A stretch of DNA of 64,000 bases from assembly GCA_041654895.1 (NCBI GenBank), contig JBAZCR010000004.1, forward strand, positions 1,188-65,187. Reading direction: 5' to 3'. Position 1 is the stretch's first letter, and every line of letters begins with the position of its first letter. The translations under genes were made by a program, and so were the position numbers. Positions 34,385-43,322 of the stretch are shown here, in pieces. The notes below the pieces were generated by a model. The model saw nothing but the letters and a program-made list of their open reading frames with translations. It did not search any database and was not told where the DNA came from. The DNA is from Candidatus Pacearchaeota archaeon (lineage in GTDB: Archaea > Nanobdellota > Nanobdellia > Pacearchaeales > GW2011-AR1).

Positions 34385-36100
34385 TTAAGCACCACATCCA
34401 GCATATCCACATTCACAAGTAAAACATCCAGATTGCATTATTAATTTATCGCCACCACAAGAAGGACATTTCATACCCACTATTTCTTTTCCATCGTCAA
34501 TAGTCTCTGCTAAGAACTTTCTAACAGCTGTTAGTAAGGTAGAGATATTATCTCCTTCGATTCCTGTTAAAGAAACAAGTATATCTTCCCTTGGTATGTT
34601 ATGTCTTAAACACAATGATAACATTCTTCCAAGTCTATTATGAGGACTATCACCTAAGCATTTATCCCAAGTATCATCAATTAATTTATGTTTAAGTCCA
34701 CATTCTAATGCTAATTTTGAAAGAGATTTACAAGCTCTATTACAAGCAATAGCTTCACCTTTTTGGTTAGTATGTATCCACATTGCAATTGGATATTTCA
34801 TATTTGTATCTTCTTTCAAATAAGAAAAATGAATATAAAATTTCATACCTTCTTTTTTAATAATTTTAGTAGGTCCATTAATAAATTCGGAAGGTAATAT
34901 AACACCATCTTTAATTATTTCTTTCTTTTCTTCTACTTTCTCTAAAGTTTCAATAACAGATTCCATTGATCCAGTACGATAAGTAGTAACACCAACTAAT
35001 CCTCTTTTCCAAGCATCAATATATAAATTCTTAAAATTAGAAAAAGAATATTTATTTGGTAAATTAATAGTTTTACTTACCGATTGATTACAATAATATT
35101 GACACATTGATTGTATATTTAAATGATCTACTATATCAATATCATTTGCAGTAATTTTAGTGTTTATTTTCTCGTGTGGTTTATTATCCAATAACCATTG
35201 ATACCCATAATCTCTTAATATATAAACTTCACATATTCCTCTGTTATGTGGTTCGTAATAATAATGTTTACCATTATATTCTCCTTCCCAATATACAAAA
35301 TCATTTTCTTTTACTTCTTTGAATAATTTTTTAATATTATCAGAATTTAACCCTTCCGGCCATTTACACATAATTTTTCTTTCTGTTTCCAAAGAAAAAA
35401 TAGGTTCAATACCATTTGAAACATAATCACATATAATAGAACTGTTTCCAAGAGGAGGAGCAGTTGTTGTTTTAGCATTTCTAACACCATATTGTTTAAT
35501 CAAATCTTTAGTTTCTTCCCAAAGTCTATCAGATTTAAAATATTTTGTATTGGAATATAATTCATAATCAAAAAGAGGGAATGGTCCTTTTTCTTTTGCA
35601 AGTAAAGCAGATTCCTGCATTGTTAAGTTTTCTTTACATTCGTGTATTGTTTTAGTAAAAGTAACCGCATCAGGAGAATTATATGGAATACCTAACATTA
35701 ATAAAGTAGAACCCAAACCATTTACACCCATACCAAATTGCCTTAAATTCTGAACTGCCCATTCATATGAAGGTAAAGGCAATTTACTTAAATCACAAAC
35801 ATTATCTAACATTCTAGTAAAGACTCTAATATCTTGTTTATATGTATCCCAATCAAAATAAGAAACACCATCACTAATATATACATATTGAGTTAGGTTA
35901 ATTGACCCCAAAAGACAAACTGTTGTCATATCTGGATTACCTGGAATTTCTCCACAATTATGAACAAGAATACCGTTTGCAAAAAAGTTGTGATTATTTT
36001 CTGTTGTTATGTCATACACATCAGCATTTTCTTTAATATTAATTTTTTTTATTTTTATTTCTTTAATATTTGGATTTTTGTTTTTCTGACTTTTTTCCAT
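34385..36100 (-). CDS. nrdJ: class II ribonucleotide reductase, C-terminal fragment preceded by a split-intein C half
   Basis: Starts with IntC ...NHNFFANGILVHN, then extein CGEIPG...; C-terminal CxxC...CxxC. Confidence 0.8.
   Translation of the reverse strand: MEKSQKNKNPNIKEIKIKKINIKENADVYDITTENNHNFFANGILVHNCGEIPGNPDMTTVCLLGSINLTQYVYISDGVSYFDWDTYKQDIRVFTRMLDNVCDLSKLPLPSYEWAVQNLRQFGMGVNGLGSTLLMLGIPYNSPDAVTFTKTIHECKENLTMQESALLAKEKGPFPLFDYELYSNTKYFKSDRLWEETKDLIKQYGVRNAKTTTAPPLGNSSIICDYVSNGIEPIFSLETERKIMCKWPEGLNSDNIKKLFKEVKENDFVYWEGEYNGKHYYYEPHNRGICEVYILRDYGYQWLLDNKPHEKINTKITANDIDIVDHLNIQSMCQYYCNQSVSKTINLPNKYSFSNFKNLYIDAWKRGLVGVTTYRTGSMESVIETLEKVEEKKEIIKDGVILPSEFINGPTKIIKKEGMKFYIHFSYLKEDTNMKYPIAMWIHTNQKGEAIACNRACKSLSKLALECGLKHKLIDDTWDKCLGDSPHNRLGRMLSLCLRHNIPREDILVSLTGIEGDNISTLLTAVRKFLAETIDDGKEIVGMKCPSCGGDKLIMQSGCFTCECGYAGCGA
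35957..36100 (-). mobile_element. split intein 2, C half (48 aa)
   Basis: DVYDITTENNHNFFANGILVHN followed by +1 Cys. Confidence 0.8.
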
Positions 36101-36151
36101 GATTTTAGTTCCTCTTTGTATGATGTATTAGTGTAACCTGTGGTTATTTTC

Positions 36152-36892
36152 TTATATTTTTATCAATATATCATCTTCGGTTAATTCAGAAGCATTAACA
36201 TACCCTCTATTCTTTGTATATACTTTGTGATCAGGAGTTAATGTTACCGACGTTCCATCTTCCAATTCCAATTCTATAACATTAGTGTTATCTCTGGTTT
36301 TATCCCCAAATGTAACTTTTTCAAATTCAAATTTATTATTATTAATATTAAATGTTAAAACATTTATATCATTTCCTTCTCGAATTTCTTCTATTATTGA
36401 TCGAATAGTCATTTTCCCTTTAGTTGTATCAATTAAAGTATCACCAACTAAGCAAGGGTTGGTCGCGTTACATTTACCTAAATATTCAATAGGATTATTT
36501 TCAGAAATATTATCAACAAAAATAACACCTGGTTCTGCTCTATTATAAGTAGATTTCATTATCAAATCATATAAGTCTTTTGCCTTTACTCTTTTAATGG
36601 TTTTCCCTTCCCATTTCAAATCCCAAAAAGAATCATTTATTACACATTCCATAAAATCATTTGTAATAGCAACTGACAAATTAAATTTCGTCAATTTACC
36701 AGGTTGTTGTTTTATTTTAACAAATTCTTCAATATCAGGATGTGAACAATTAGATGTATAAAAAGCATTTTTAGACCTCTTATCCTTTGCTATAATTCTA
36801 TGTACATTTTCAACAGAAAAATCATAAGAGTTGTCAACTTTTTTCGGAGTAATACTTTTTAATTTCTGAAATTGTACTTTTAATTTTTGCAT
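36152..36892 (-). CDS. nrdJ: class II ribonucleotide reductase, middle fragment flanked by intein halves
   Basis: IntC (..NAFYTSN) + extein CSHPDIEEFV...NATNP + IntN (CLVGDTLI...ILIKI stop). Confidence 0.8.
   Translation of the reverse strand: MQKLKVQFQKLKSITPKKVDNSYDFSVENVHRIIAKDKRSKNAFYTSNCSHPDIEEFVKIKQQPGKLTKFNLSVAITNDFMECVINDSFWDLKWEGKTIKRVKAKDLYDLIMKSTYNRAEPGVIFVDNISENNPIEYLGKCNATNPCLVGDTLIDTTKGKMTIRSIIEEIREGNDINVLTFNINNNKFEFEKVTFGDKTRDNTNVIELELEDGTSVTLTPDHKVYTKNRGYVNASELTEDDILIKI
36155..36454 (-). mobile_element. split intein 2, N half (100 aa)
   Basis: Begins CLVGDTLI inside the NPCGE active-site motif; TLTPDHKVYTKNRGYVNASELTEDD; ends at a stop. Confidence 0.8.
36749..36892 (-). mobile_element. 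split intein 1, C half (48 aa)
   Basis: ATG after GAGGA; YDFSVENVHRIIA...NAFYTSN followed by +1 Cys. Confidence 0.7.
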
Positions 36893-37204
36893 TATTATCC
36901 TCACTTACTAATGTTATTATATATTGTTTTATTGTTTCCAAATCGTTATAAATATCCTTTTCCCAAAATCTCAATGTGATATATGGTCTTCCATCCATAT
37001 CCTTTTTATTTTTTAATAAATTTTCTTTTAGTTTATCAGCAACTCTATTATTTTTCTATCTTCAATATTAGAAAAAACTTTAGAACTTCTGTGCCAATAG
37101 TCCCCATCTATTTCAATGACAAAAATATAATTATTATGCCAAACAAAAAAATCCCATTGTTTATTTTCGGGTAGAAAATATGATGACTCCCCAACATAAA
37201 CCAT
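36834..37204 (-). pseudogene. Vsr/DUF559-like homing endonuclease between the intein halves, frameshifted
   Basis: VIEIDGDYWH in one frame; ADKLKENLL..GRPYITLRFWEKDI in another; the break is at the T5 run 37051-37055. Confidence 0.6.
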
Positions 37205-37220
37205 ATCCAGGATGTCGTAT

Positions 37221-38207
37221 TTACTCCGATATAATTATTTTTAATTCTTCATTTTCAACATCAATATCTTTAATTGCTTTTAAATATATTTCCCCAGTAG
37301 TAATATTTCTAACTTCAAATTTATGATCTTGAGTTACCTCAATTATAGAACCATCCTCGGTTTCAACCTCAAATATTTGTTCGGGTTCTTTTTCAAAAGC
37401 ATCATAAATTAAATTTAATTCTCCGGTATCGGAAACACATTTTATTTGTTTTCCACTAATAACATCATCAACAATATCAACAATATTTCTCCAACCAGAA
37501 TCGGTTAATATTAATGTATTTTTTGAAAAACAAGATAAAACACCCATCATAGCACCCTTTCTTGGCATCTTATTAATTACATCAATACATTCATCCATTT
37601 CTTTTTTAGATAAATAATTTTTTAATGTATCAACATAACCATCATCATGCCCTTTCACAATACATTCAGAAACAGAATCGAATATTTTCATATACGAAAC
37701 AACTCCTGGGTGTCCTACTCCCGTCCCTTTAATTAACGATCCTCTTGGTCTAATAAAATCGAAATTTATACCCCATCCACCCTCGGATGCTAATGTTTTT
37801 GCTTGTTCTAAAACAGTCAAAAATATATTGATTAAATCATCACCTGTATCTGGAGTTTTTATTTTAGTTGTGTTTTCGAAATTATCATTTTTTCTTGTGT
37901 ATTGTATTTTTGCATTTTTGACAGGTCCGGAGATAAAACAATTAATTAATGTTGCTCCATTATATTCTGTTCCAATGTTAGATGTAATACGACCACCAGT
38001 ACTACATTTAATTCCAATAGGTTCTGAACCATTAAATTTAAGTAATGTTTTTAAGAATACATCTTCCCATTGTTCGGGATTTTTTTCTTTTGATGCCAAT
38101 ACTTTAGCTATTCTTTTAAATGTTCCTAAAGGAGATTCATCATTATATTGATATTTACTCTTCCAGTTCTCATATCCTATTCTAGTCTTGAAAAAATTTT
38201 CACCCAT
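37221..38207 (-). CDS. nrdJ: class II ribonucleotide reductase, N-terminal fragment ending in a split-intein N half
   Basis: SEGGWGINFDFIRPRGSLIKGTG, KGAMMGVLS, then CFSKNTLILTD... to a stop. Confidence 0.8.
   Translation of the reverse strand: MGENFFKTRIGYENWKSKYQYNDESPLGTFKRIAKVLASKEKNPEQWEDVFLKTLLKFNGSEPIGIKCSTGGRITSNIGTEYNGATLINCFISGPVKNAKIQYTRKNDNFENTTKIKTPDTGDDLINIFLTVLEQAKTLASEGGWGINFDFIRPRGSLIKGTGVGHPGVVSYMKIFDSVSECIVKGHDDGYVDTLKNYLSKKEMDECIDVINKMPRKGAMMGVLSCFSKNTLILTDSGWRNIVDIVDDVISGKQIKCVSDTGELNLIYDAFEKEPEQIFEVETEDGSIIEVTQDHKFEVRNITTGEIYLKAIKDIDVENEELKIIISE
37224..37532 (-). mobile_element. split intein 1, N half (103 aa)
   Basis: Starts with Cys (TGT at 37532-37530) after GAMMGVLS; TQDHKF block; ends at a stop. 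Confidence 0.7.
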
Positions 38208-38228
38208 AAAACTGTCTCCATTTATATG

Positions 38229-38687
38229 TTAATTGTTCCACAAATCTTTTTCTGTTATTATTTTAAATTCCAATCCTTTTTTATTACAAAAATCCACGGC
38301 AGCTTTCCATTTATCTTGATTTTGTATATACATTTTTTGTTCATACAAATATCTATCTGTTCTCTTTTTTGATCTATTTTTTGGTTTGGATGGTGGTAAT
38401 GTACTTTTATATGGTTTTACTTCTATTAAGAATTTTTTGATACCATTGTTAGTTTTTATTTCCACATACGCATCAACATAGTATTGATGTACTTTATTAT
38501 CTACTGAATAAAAATAAGGGATTACTACACATTCAGAACACCATTTCAAAACATTTTGATTAAAATCTAGATAGTAAAATAATCTTCTTTCCCACGATGA
38601 TCTATATACGGGAGGTTTTGTGCTACAATATTTTTCTTTATTCTGAACTTCATATTTCCCTTTTAAAAATTCATTTCTTTTACTCAA
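38229..38687 (-). CDS. PD-(D/E)xK nuclease, TnsA-N-like
   Basis: SSWERRLFYYLD...YYVDAYVEIK...LIEVKP pattern. Confidence 0.5.
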   Translation of the reverse strand: MSKRNEFLKGKYEVQNKEKYCSTKPPVYRSSWERRLFYYLDFNQNVLKWCSECVVIPYFYSVDNKVHQYYVDAYVEIKTNNGIKKFLIEVKPYKSTLPPSKPKNRSKKRTDRYLYEQKMYIQNQDKWKAAVDFCNKKGLEFKIITEKDLWNN

Positions 38688-38693
38688 TTTAAT

Positions 38694-39713
38694 TTACCCC
38701 AAAGATTTTATTAAATCAGAAAAATTATTCCAACTATCGAGATGTTTAACCATTTTATTTTTAATAAAAAAATCAACTACTTTTTTACTATCAAGTTCCA
38801 TCAATTCGTATTCATTGAATGTATTTATTATTCTCTGTTTTATCTCAATTGGGATGTGATCAAATTTAATCAACTGAGTATTTAATTTATAATTATTCCT
38901 AATTCTATTTTCAACTTCTTTTCTAATAGCAGAAATATCCATACCTTCAAAAGTATCTCTCCATTGTTTTTTTACTTTCTCAACATCTTTAGAAGTAACT
39001 ATTTTATTACATTCCGTAATAATAAAATTATCCAATCCAGATTTTAGTATTTTTTCAGCAGTTACTTTACCAACACCATATTTAATACCTAAAATATTAT
39101 CTGATATATCTCCAGTTAAAACCTTCAATTCAATTTCTTTTTTTGGATCAATACATTTTACCAACTTTTTTCCATCATATTGTGATACATGATTCATAGA
39201 CGTTAATTGAATCATATCTGAATCATTTGTAATATTAATAACTCTCATACCTGGTTTTGAAAATACATCCCTACTCAATACTGCCATAACATCATCAGCT
39301 TCACAATTAGGTATTTGTAATACATACGTATTACAAAACACTTTCTTTAAATCTTCAACAAAAGAATTAAAAATAGGATACCAAGCATCAAAATCTATTG
39401 TCTGTTTTTGTTTTGCTCTATTTGCTTTTCTATTCGCTTTATAGTTTGGATAAATATCATATCTCCAACTTCTTTTTCCATCAAACGCAAACACAACTTT
39501 ATTAGGTTTAAATTTATCTATCGTATACAAAATAGAACCTATCATTTGATGTTTCCATAACCTAAATTCAGTATCATCTGGATTATGAAATGAAGCAGTA
39601 AATACTGTTTTATGTGCTAAATTATGACCATCAAAAATTAAAACAACTTCATCTTCATTACTAACTTTATCTTCTTCAAAAGCAAACAAATCTTTAACTG
39701 AATTACGAACCAT
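38694..39713 (-). CDS. 5'-3' exonuclease / RNase H (FEN family)
   Basis: IFDGHNLAHK, AFDGKRSWRYDIYPNYKANRK, CEADDV. Confidence 0.8.
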   Translation of the reverse strand: MVRNSVKDLFAFEEDKVSNEDEVVLIFDGHNLAHKTVFTASFHNPDDTEFRLWKHQMIGSILYTIDKFKPNKVVFAFDGKRSWRYDIYPNYKANRKANRAKQKQTIDFDAWYPIFNSFVEDLKKVFCNTYVLQIPNCEADDVMAVLSRDVFSKPGMRVINITNDSDMIQLTSMNHVSQYDGKKLVKCIDPKKEIELKVLTGDISDNILGIKYGVGKVTAEKILKSGLDNFIITECNKIVTSKDVEKVKKQWRDTFEGMDISAIRKEVENRIRNNYKLNTQLIKFDHIPIEIKQRIINTFNEYELMELDSKKVVDFFIKNKMVKHLDSWNNFSDLIKSLG

Positions 39714-39731
39714 AATTAACCGACCTTTCAA

Positions 39732-40391
39732 TTATTTTTTAACAATAAAATCCCTTGATAATATATTAACAGGATTCGATTTAGTACATCTATTAAAAAT
39801 TTCAATCTGTTTTACTGGAAGTGATTTCAAATCAACAATACCATATCTCAACATCAATTCTTTTTGTAATAACTTACAAATATAAAAAGCATCAATCAAA
39901 TCTTCTTTTGGTGATTTTAATTCAGGTAATTGATATAATTCCATTGGGTCGAACAATTTTTTATATGCTTCATTCATTTCTACCTTACCAGCATTTCCTT
40001 TACCGGTAGCAAACATTTTAACAACAGTAGGTTCATATATCCTAAAAGGAATGCCTTTCTCATATAACTGTATCTTCATTGTTGCAGTAGTTTCGGCAAT
40101 ATCAAAAACTTTACCTGAAGCACCAAAAGCATAACCCTCAAAAGCAACAAAATCAACATTTGATAATTTATCCATAATAGAATCTCTTATCCAAATATAT
40201 TGATCATAATCATTATTAAATTGATCTTTCTTATAATATAATATATTCTTATTAGAAGTTGCAATTTTTTTTACTGAACTAAAACCAATATAATCTGATG
40301 CTTTAGTATCAAAATTTTCATCTAATTCTAAAATAACAACACCTGGTGAATTTTTAGAATAATCTATTCCTGCAATTGTAAATTTATGCAT
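39732..40391 (-). CDS. RuvC-like Holliday junction resolvase
   Basis: IAGIDYS near the N-terminus, VAFEGYAFG; about 219 aa. Confidence 0.55.
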   Translation of the reverse strand: MHKFTIAGIDYSKNSPGVVILELDENFDTKASDYIGFSSVKKIATSNKNILYYKKDQFNNDYDQYIWIRDSIMDKLSNVDFVAFEGYAFGASGKVFDIAETTATMKIQLYEKGIPFRIYEPTVVKMFATGKGNAGKVEMNEAYKKLFDPMELYQLPELKSPKEDLIDAFYICKLLQKELMLRYGIVDLKSLPVKQIEIFNRCTKSNPVNILSRDFIVKK

Positions 40392-40403
40392 ATCTATCTC
40401 CTC

Positions 40404-41387
40404 TCAAATAAAATATATTTTATCGAATAAATTTTTAGTAAAATATGGTTTTAATTCATCAAATGTAAGATGATTAATACCATACTTATTGTGGATAATA
40501 AAATCATTTACATCTTTAATATCTTGTTCACAAGGAAACATTTTCAAAAATTTATTCCAATTAAAAACATATTGACCATCTAGTATTAATTTTAACGATG
40601 TTTCTTTTCCAGGGGTATCATTATCTAATAAATAATATTTCTGTTTAAATACCTCAAGCTTTTTGTCTTTAATTTTAAGTCCTGTTACTGCAATACACGG
40701 AGAAAGAAATATACTATCCAATGGTCCCTCTACTACAATTACAGGTTTATCTTTATCTACCAAATAGTAATTATATATATTATTATAATCCCCAAGTCTC
40801 GATTTGTATTTTGGAGACATCCACTTATAAATCGATCTACCTTGATAATAATATATCTTACCTTTATCATTATAAAAAGGTATAATTATTCTATTCTTAA
40901 ATTTTCCATTTGTACAAAAATACCATTTATCGTAAACTTTTTTTGGTATTTTTCTATTAATACAAATATCTAAAACTTTAGGATGTTTCCCAATTGGTTC
41001 AAAATACTTAGTATATTTTTTTTCTTTTTCAGACAAATTAATATTGTCGTGTTTACACCTTTTAATATTTTTAAAAACAGATTCGTCAACTTTTTTGGGA
41101 TTTTTATTTCTTCTTAATTCACTTCTATAATTTCTATAATTTAATGGAAAATATTGTCGCATCCATTTTTCAACAGTTGTCGAATATAAACAATTGTGAC
41201 AATAATAAACCATAGGTTCTTTGTTTCGTAAGATAAATCCACGTTTTTTTCTTTTATCAGTTTTACTATCACCACAAACATTACATTTAAAATTGTAAAC
41301 AGAACCAGAATCAAACACATTCTCAAAATATGAATTTAGTATATTTTTAATTTCTAAATCTAAAATAACATTATTATTAACATTCAT
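40404..41387 (-). CDS. DNA primase (zinc finger + TOPRIM)
   Basis: CNVCGDS...CHNC; VVVEGPLDS; LLDNDTPGKE. Confidence 0.8.
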   Translation of the reverse strand: MNVNNNVILDLEIKNILNSYFENVFDSGSVYNFKCNVCGDSKTDKRKKRGFILRNKEPMVYYCHNCLYSTTVEKWMRQYFPLNYRNYRSELRRNKNPKKVDESVFKNIKRCKHDNINLSEKEKKYTKYFEPIGKHPKVLDICINRKIPKKVYDKWYFCTNGKFKNRIIIPFYNDKGKIYYYQGRSIYKWMSPKYKSRLGDYNNIYNYYLVDKDKPVIVVEGPLDSIFLSPCIAVTGLKIKDKKLEVFKQKYYLLDNDTPGKETSLKLILDGQYVFNWNKFLKMFPCEQDIKDVNDFIIHNKYGINHLTFDELKPYFTKNLFDKIYFI

Positions 41388-41454
41388 ATTTACCTCATAT
41401 AAAAAAATTGGAGAAAAATTTCTCCAATTTTTACTTAGAAAAAATCAATACCTA

Positions 41455-42348
41455 TTATTCATCATCTTCAATTTCTTTAAAGAAAGAATCATCATCATCA
41501 TCTTCATCAAAAACAACAGAATCATCATCTGAATCAAAATCAGTATCTACTTCAGAATCATCATTTACATCATCAAAAATATTATCATTGTCAGATTCAG
41601 TATCGGGTTCAGTATCGGGTTCATCTTTTGTAGATGAGCTTCTTTTAAATTTTTCCCCAATTACTTTAAGTAATTTTTCTTCAATATTATCGTATGATTT
41701 AAATTTATCATCAGATACAAAAGGAGCAAGAGGAAATAAAGCCGAATTGATACTTTCAATTTCTTCATCAGTACCAATCGTAGATGAATCTTTAAATGCC
41801 GATGAATCATAGTTAGGCATACTTACACTTCCAACCTTAGTCATTTTTATTTTAAGATCAAAATTTGCACCATCATAATAATCAAATGGCATAATACCAT
41901 CATCTTCAATAAGTTCCATAATTTTTTCGTGAATTTTGACACCATATTTAAACAACATTATTTTTCCATTATTAGATGGATTTTTCTTATCATCAACAAT
42001 AAGAATATTGGCATAAAAACTTCTTTTTCTTTTTCTTTTTCTTGCAGTATCTTCATCAGAATCCCAAATTCTTGAATTCTCTTTACACACAGGACATTCC
42101 AATCCTTTTGTTGTTGGACAATTTTCTATGAACCATCCACCTACATCAGAAAAATAATGAGTATATAAATCCACATATGGAATATCTGTATCTGGTGATG
42201 GTAGGAATCTTATAGTAGCCCTAGCAATCCCATTCTCGTCAAATTCTGGTTTATAAATTCTTTCATCAGTAGTTTTTCTACCAGAATTCTGTTCTTTCAT
42301 CTTTTTAAATGCCGATGACCAATCTGTTTTAAATTTTCTTTTATTCAT
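41455..42348 (-). CDS. ssDNA-binding protein (T4 gp32-like)
   Basis: IRFLPSPD, zinc site CPTTKGLECPVC, strongly acidic C-terminal tail. Confidence 0.8.
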   Translation of the reverse strand: MNKRKFKTDWSSAFKKMKEQNSGRKTTDERIYKPEFDENGIARATIRFLPSPDTDIPYVDLYTHYFSDVGGWFIENCPTTKGLECPVCKENSRIWDSDEDTARKRKRKRSFYANILIVDDKKNPSNNGKIMLFKYGVKIHEKIMELIEDDGIMPFDYYDGANFDLKIKMTKVGSVSMPNYDSSAFKDSSTIGTDEEIESINSALFPLAPFVSDDKFKSYDNIEEKLLKVIGEKFKRSSSTKDEPDTEPDTESDNDNIFDDVNDDSEVDTDFDSDDDSVVFDEDDDDDSFFKEIEDDE

Positions 42349-42352
42349 ACTA

Positions 42353-42919
42353 CTAACCTCCTCTAAAGTGTTTATTAATAATATTCATATACTTTTCAAA
42401 CTTTAAATAATTTTCATTCTTTAATATGGTATTTTTTTCATTTATAGTCAAACATTTTTTTCTATACTGCAAAAATAATATAGGGGAAATATGTTTTTTA
42501 ATAATTAATGAATAAATGATATTTTCTCCATCATCATTGATAATCATATATTCAGATATATTCTTAAATCCAAGTTCTGCATTAATTCTCTTAATAAAAT
42601 CCTTATCTTTTAAAAAGCACTTCTTACTATACCTTTTCATATTTTGTTTTATGTTTTTATAATTAATCTTATTAAGAGCAACACATTTATTATCATATAT
42701 TGCATTTGTTAATATAAATATTACTATATCATTATGAGTGTAATAATTATTTTCAACATCATTAAAAATACGTTTACAGTTAGTTTTAATAAATTCATTA
42801 CTTTTATTATACCAAACAGCTGATACACTTTTGAATATTGTAGTATCATACTTTTCTTTTTCAATTACCTTTTTCACATTTTGATATATAGAAAATATAG
42901 CAAGTGATGAATTTTTCAT
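42353..42919 (-). CDS. possible helicase loader (gp59-like)
   Basis: Sits immediately upstream of the gp32-like gene, as in T4; weak pattern similarity. Confidence 0.35.
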   Translation of the reverse strand: MKNSSLAIFSIYQNVKKVIEKEKYDTTIFKSVSAVWYNKSNEFIKTNCKRIFNDVENNYYTHNDIVIFILTNAIYDNKCVALNKINYKNIKQNMKRYSKKCFLKDKDFIKRINAELGFKNISEYMIINDDGENIIYSLIIKKHISPILFLQYRKKCLTINEKNTILKNENYLKFEKYMNIINKHFRGG

Positions 42920-42921
42920 AT

Positions 42922-43311
42922 TTACCTTAATATTTTATAAAGTTTATTAGAGTCCATCTTAATATGATACTCATTAGAAATATGTTTTTTTAATAAGGAT
43001 TTACTGTCTCCGTCTAAAAAAGATAATATTTTCTTTAATTTTCCGAAATCATTTTCTAAAAATAAAACAATATCAACCATAGAAATATCGTATGTTTTGC
43101 TTATAGTTCTAAATATTTGATTAATTTCATTCTGTTCAGTTGTGCTATATGTTTCAGCATAAAAAATTTTATCAAAGATAGATTTATCCAATTTATATTC
43201 CAAAAAATAATCATATAGAGTCTCTTTATCAATATCATCGAATATTTGTTTCTCATTAGGTTTTTCTATCAAAGTATCTTTTGATATTAATTTTAATTTT
43301 TCTTCATACAT
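42922..43311 (-). CDS. hypothetical protein
   Basis: ORF only. Confidence 0.5.
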   Translation of the reverse strand: MYEEKLKLISKDTLIEKPNEKQIFDDIDKETLYDYFLEYKLDKSIFDKIFYAETYSTTEQNEINQIFRTISKTYDISMVDIVLFLENDFGKLKKILSFLDGDSKSLLKKHISNEYHIKMDSNKLYKILR

Positions 43312-43322
43312 AAAATTCTCCC

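Noticed and set aside
36983-37174. 63-aa + strand ORF in the nrdJ gap
   Set aside because: It is antisense to the recognisable, frameshifted Vsr-like endonuclease.
41408-41812. 134-aa Ser-rich + strand ORF
   Set aside because: It is antisense to the acidic tail of the gp32-like SSB gene. This is a low-complexity mirror frame.
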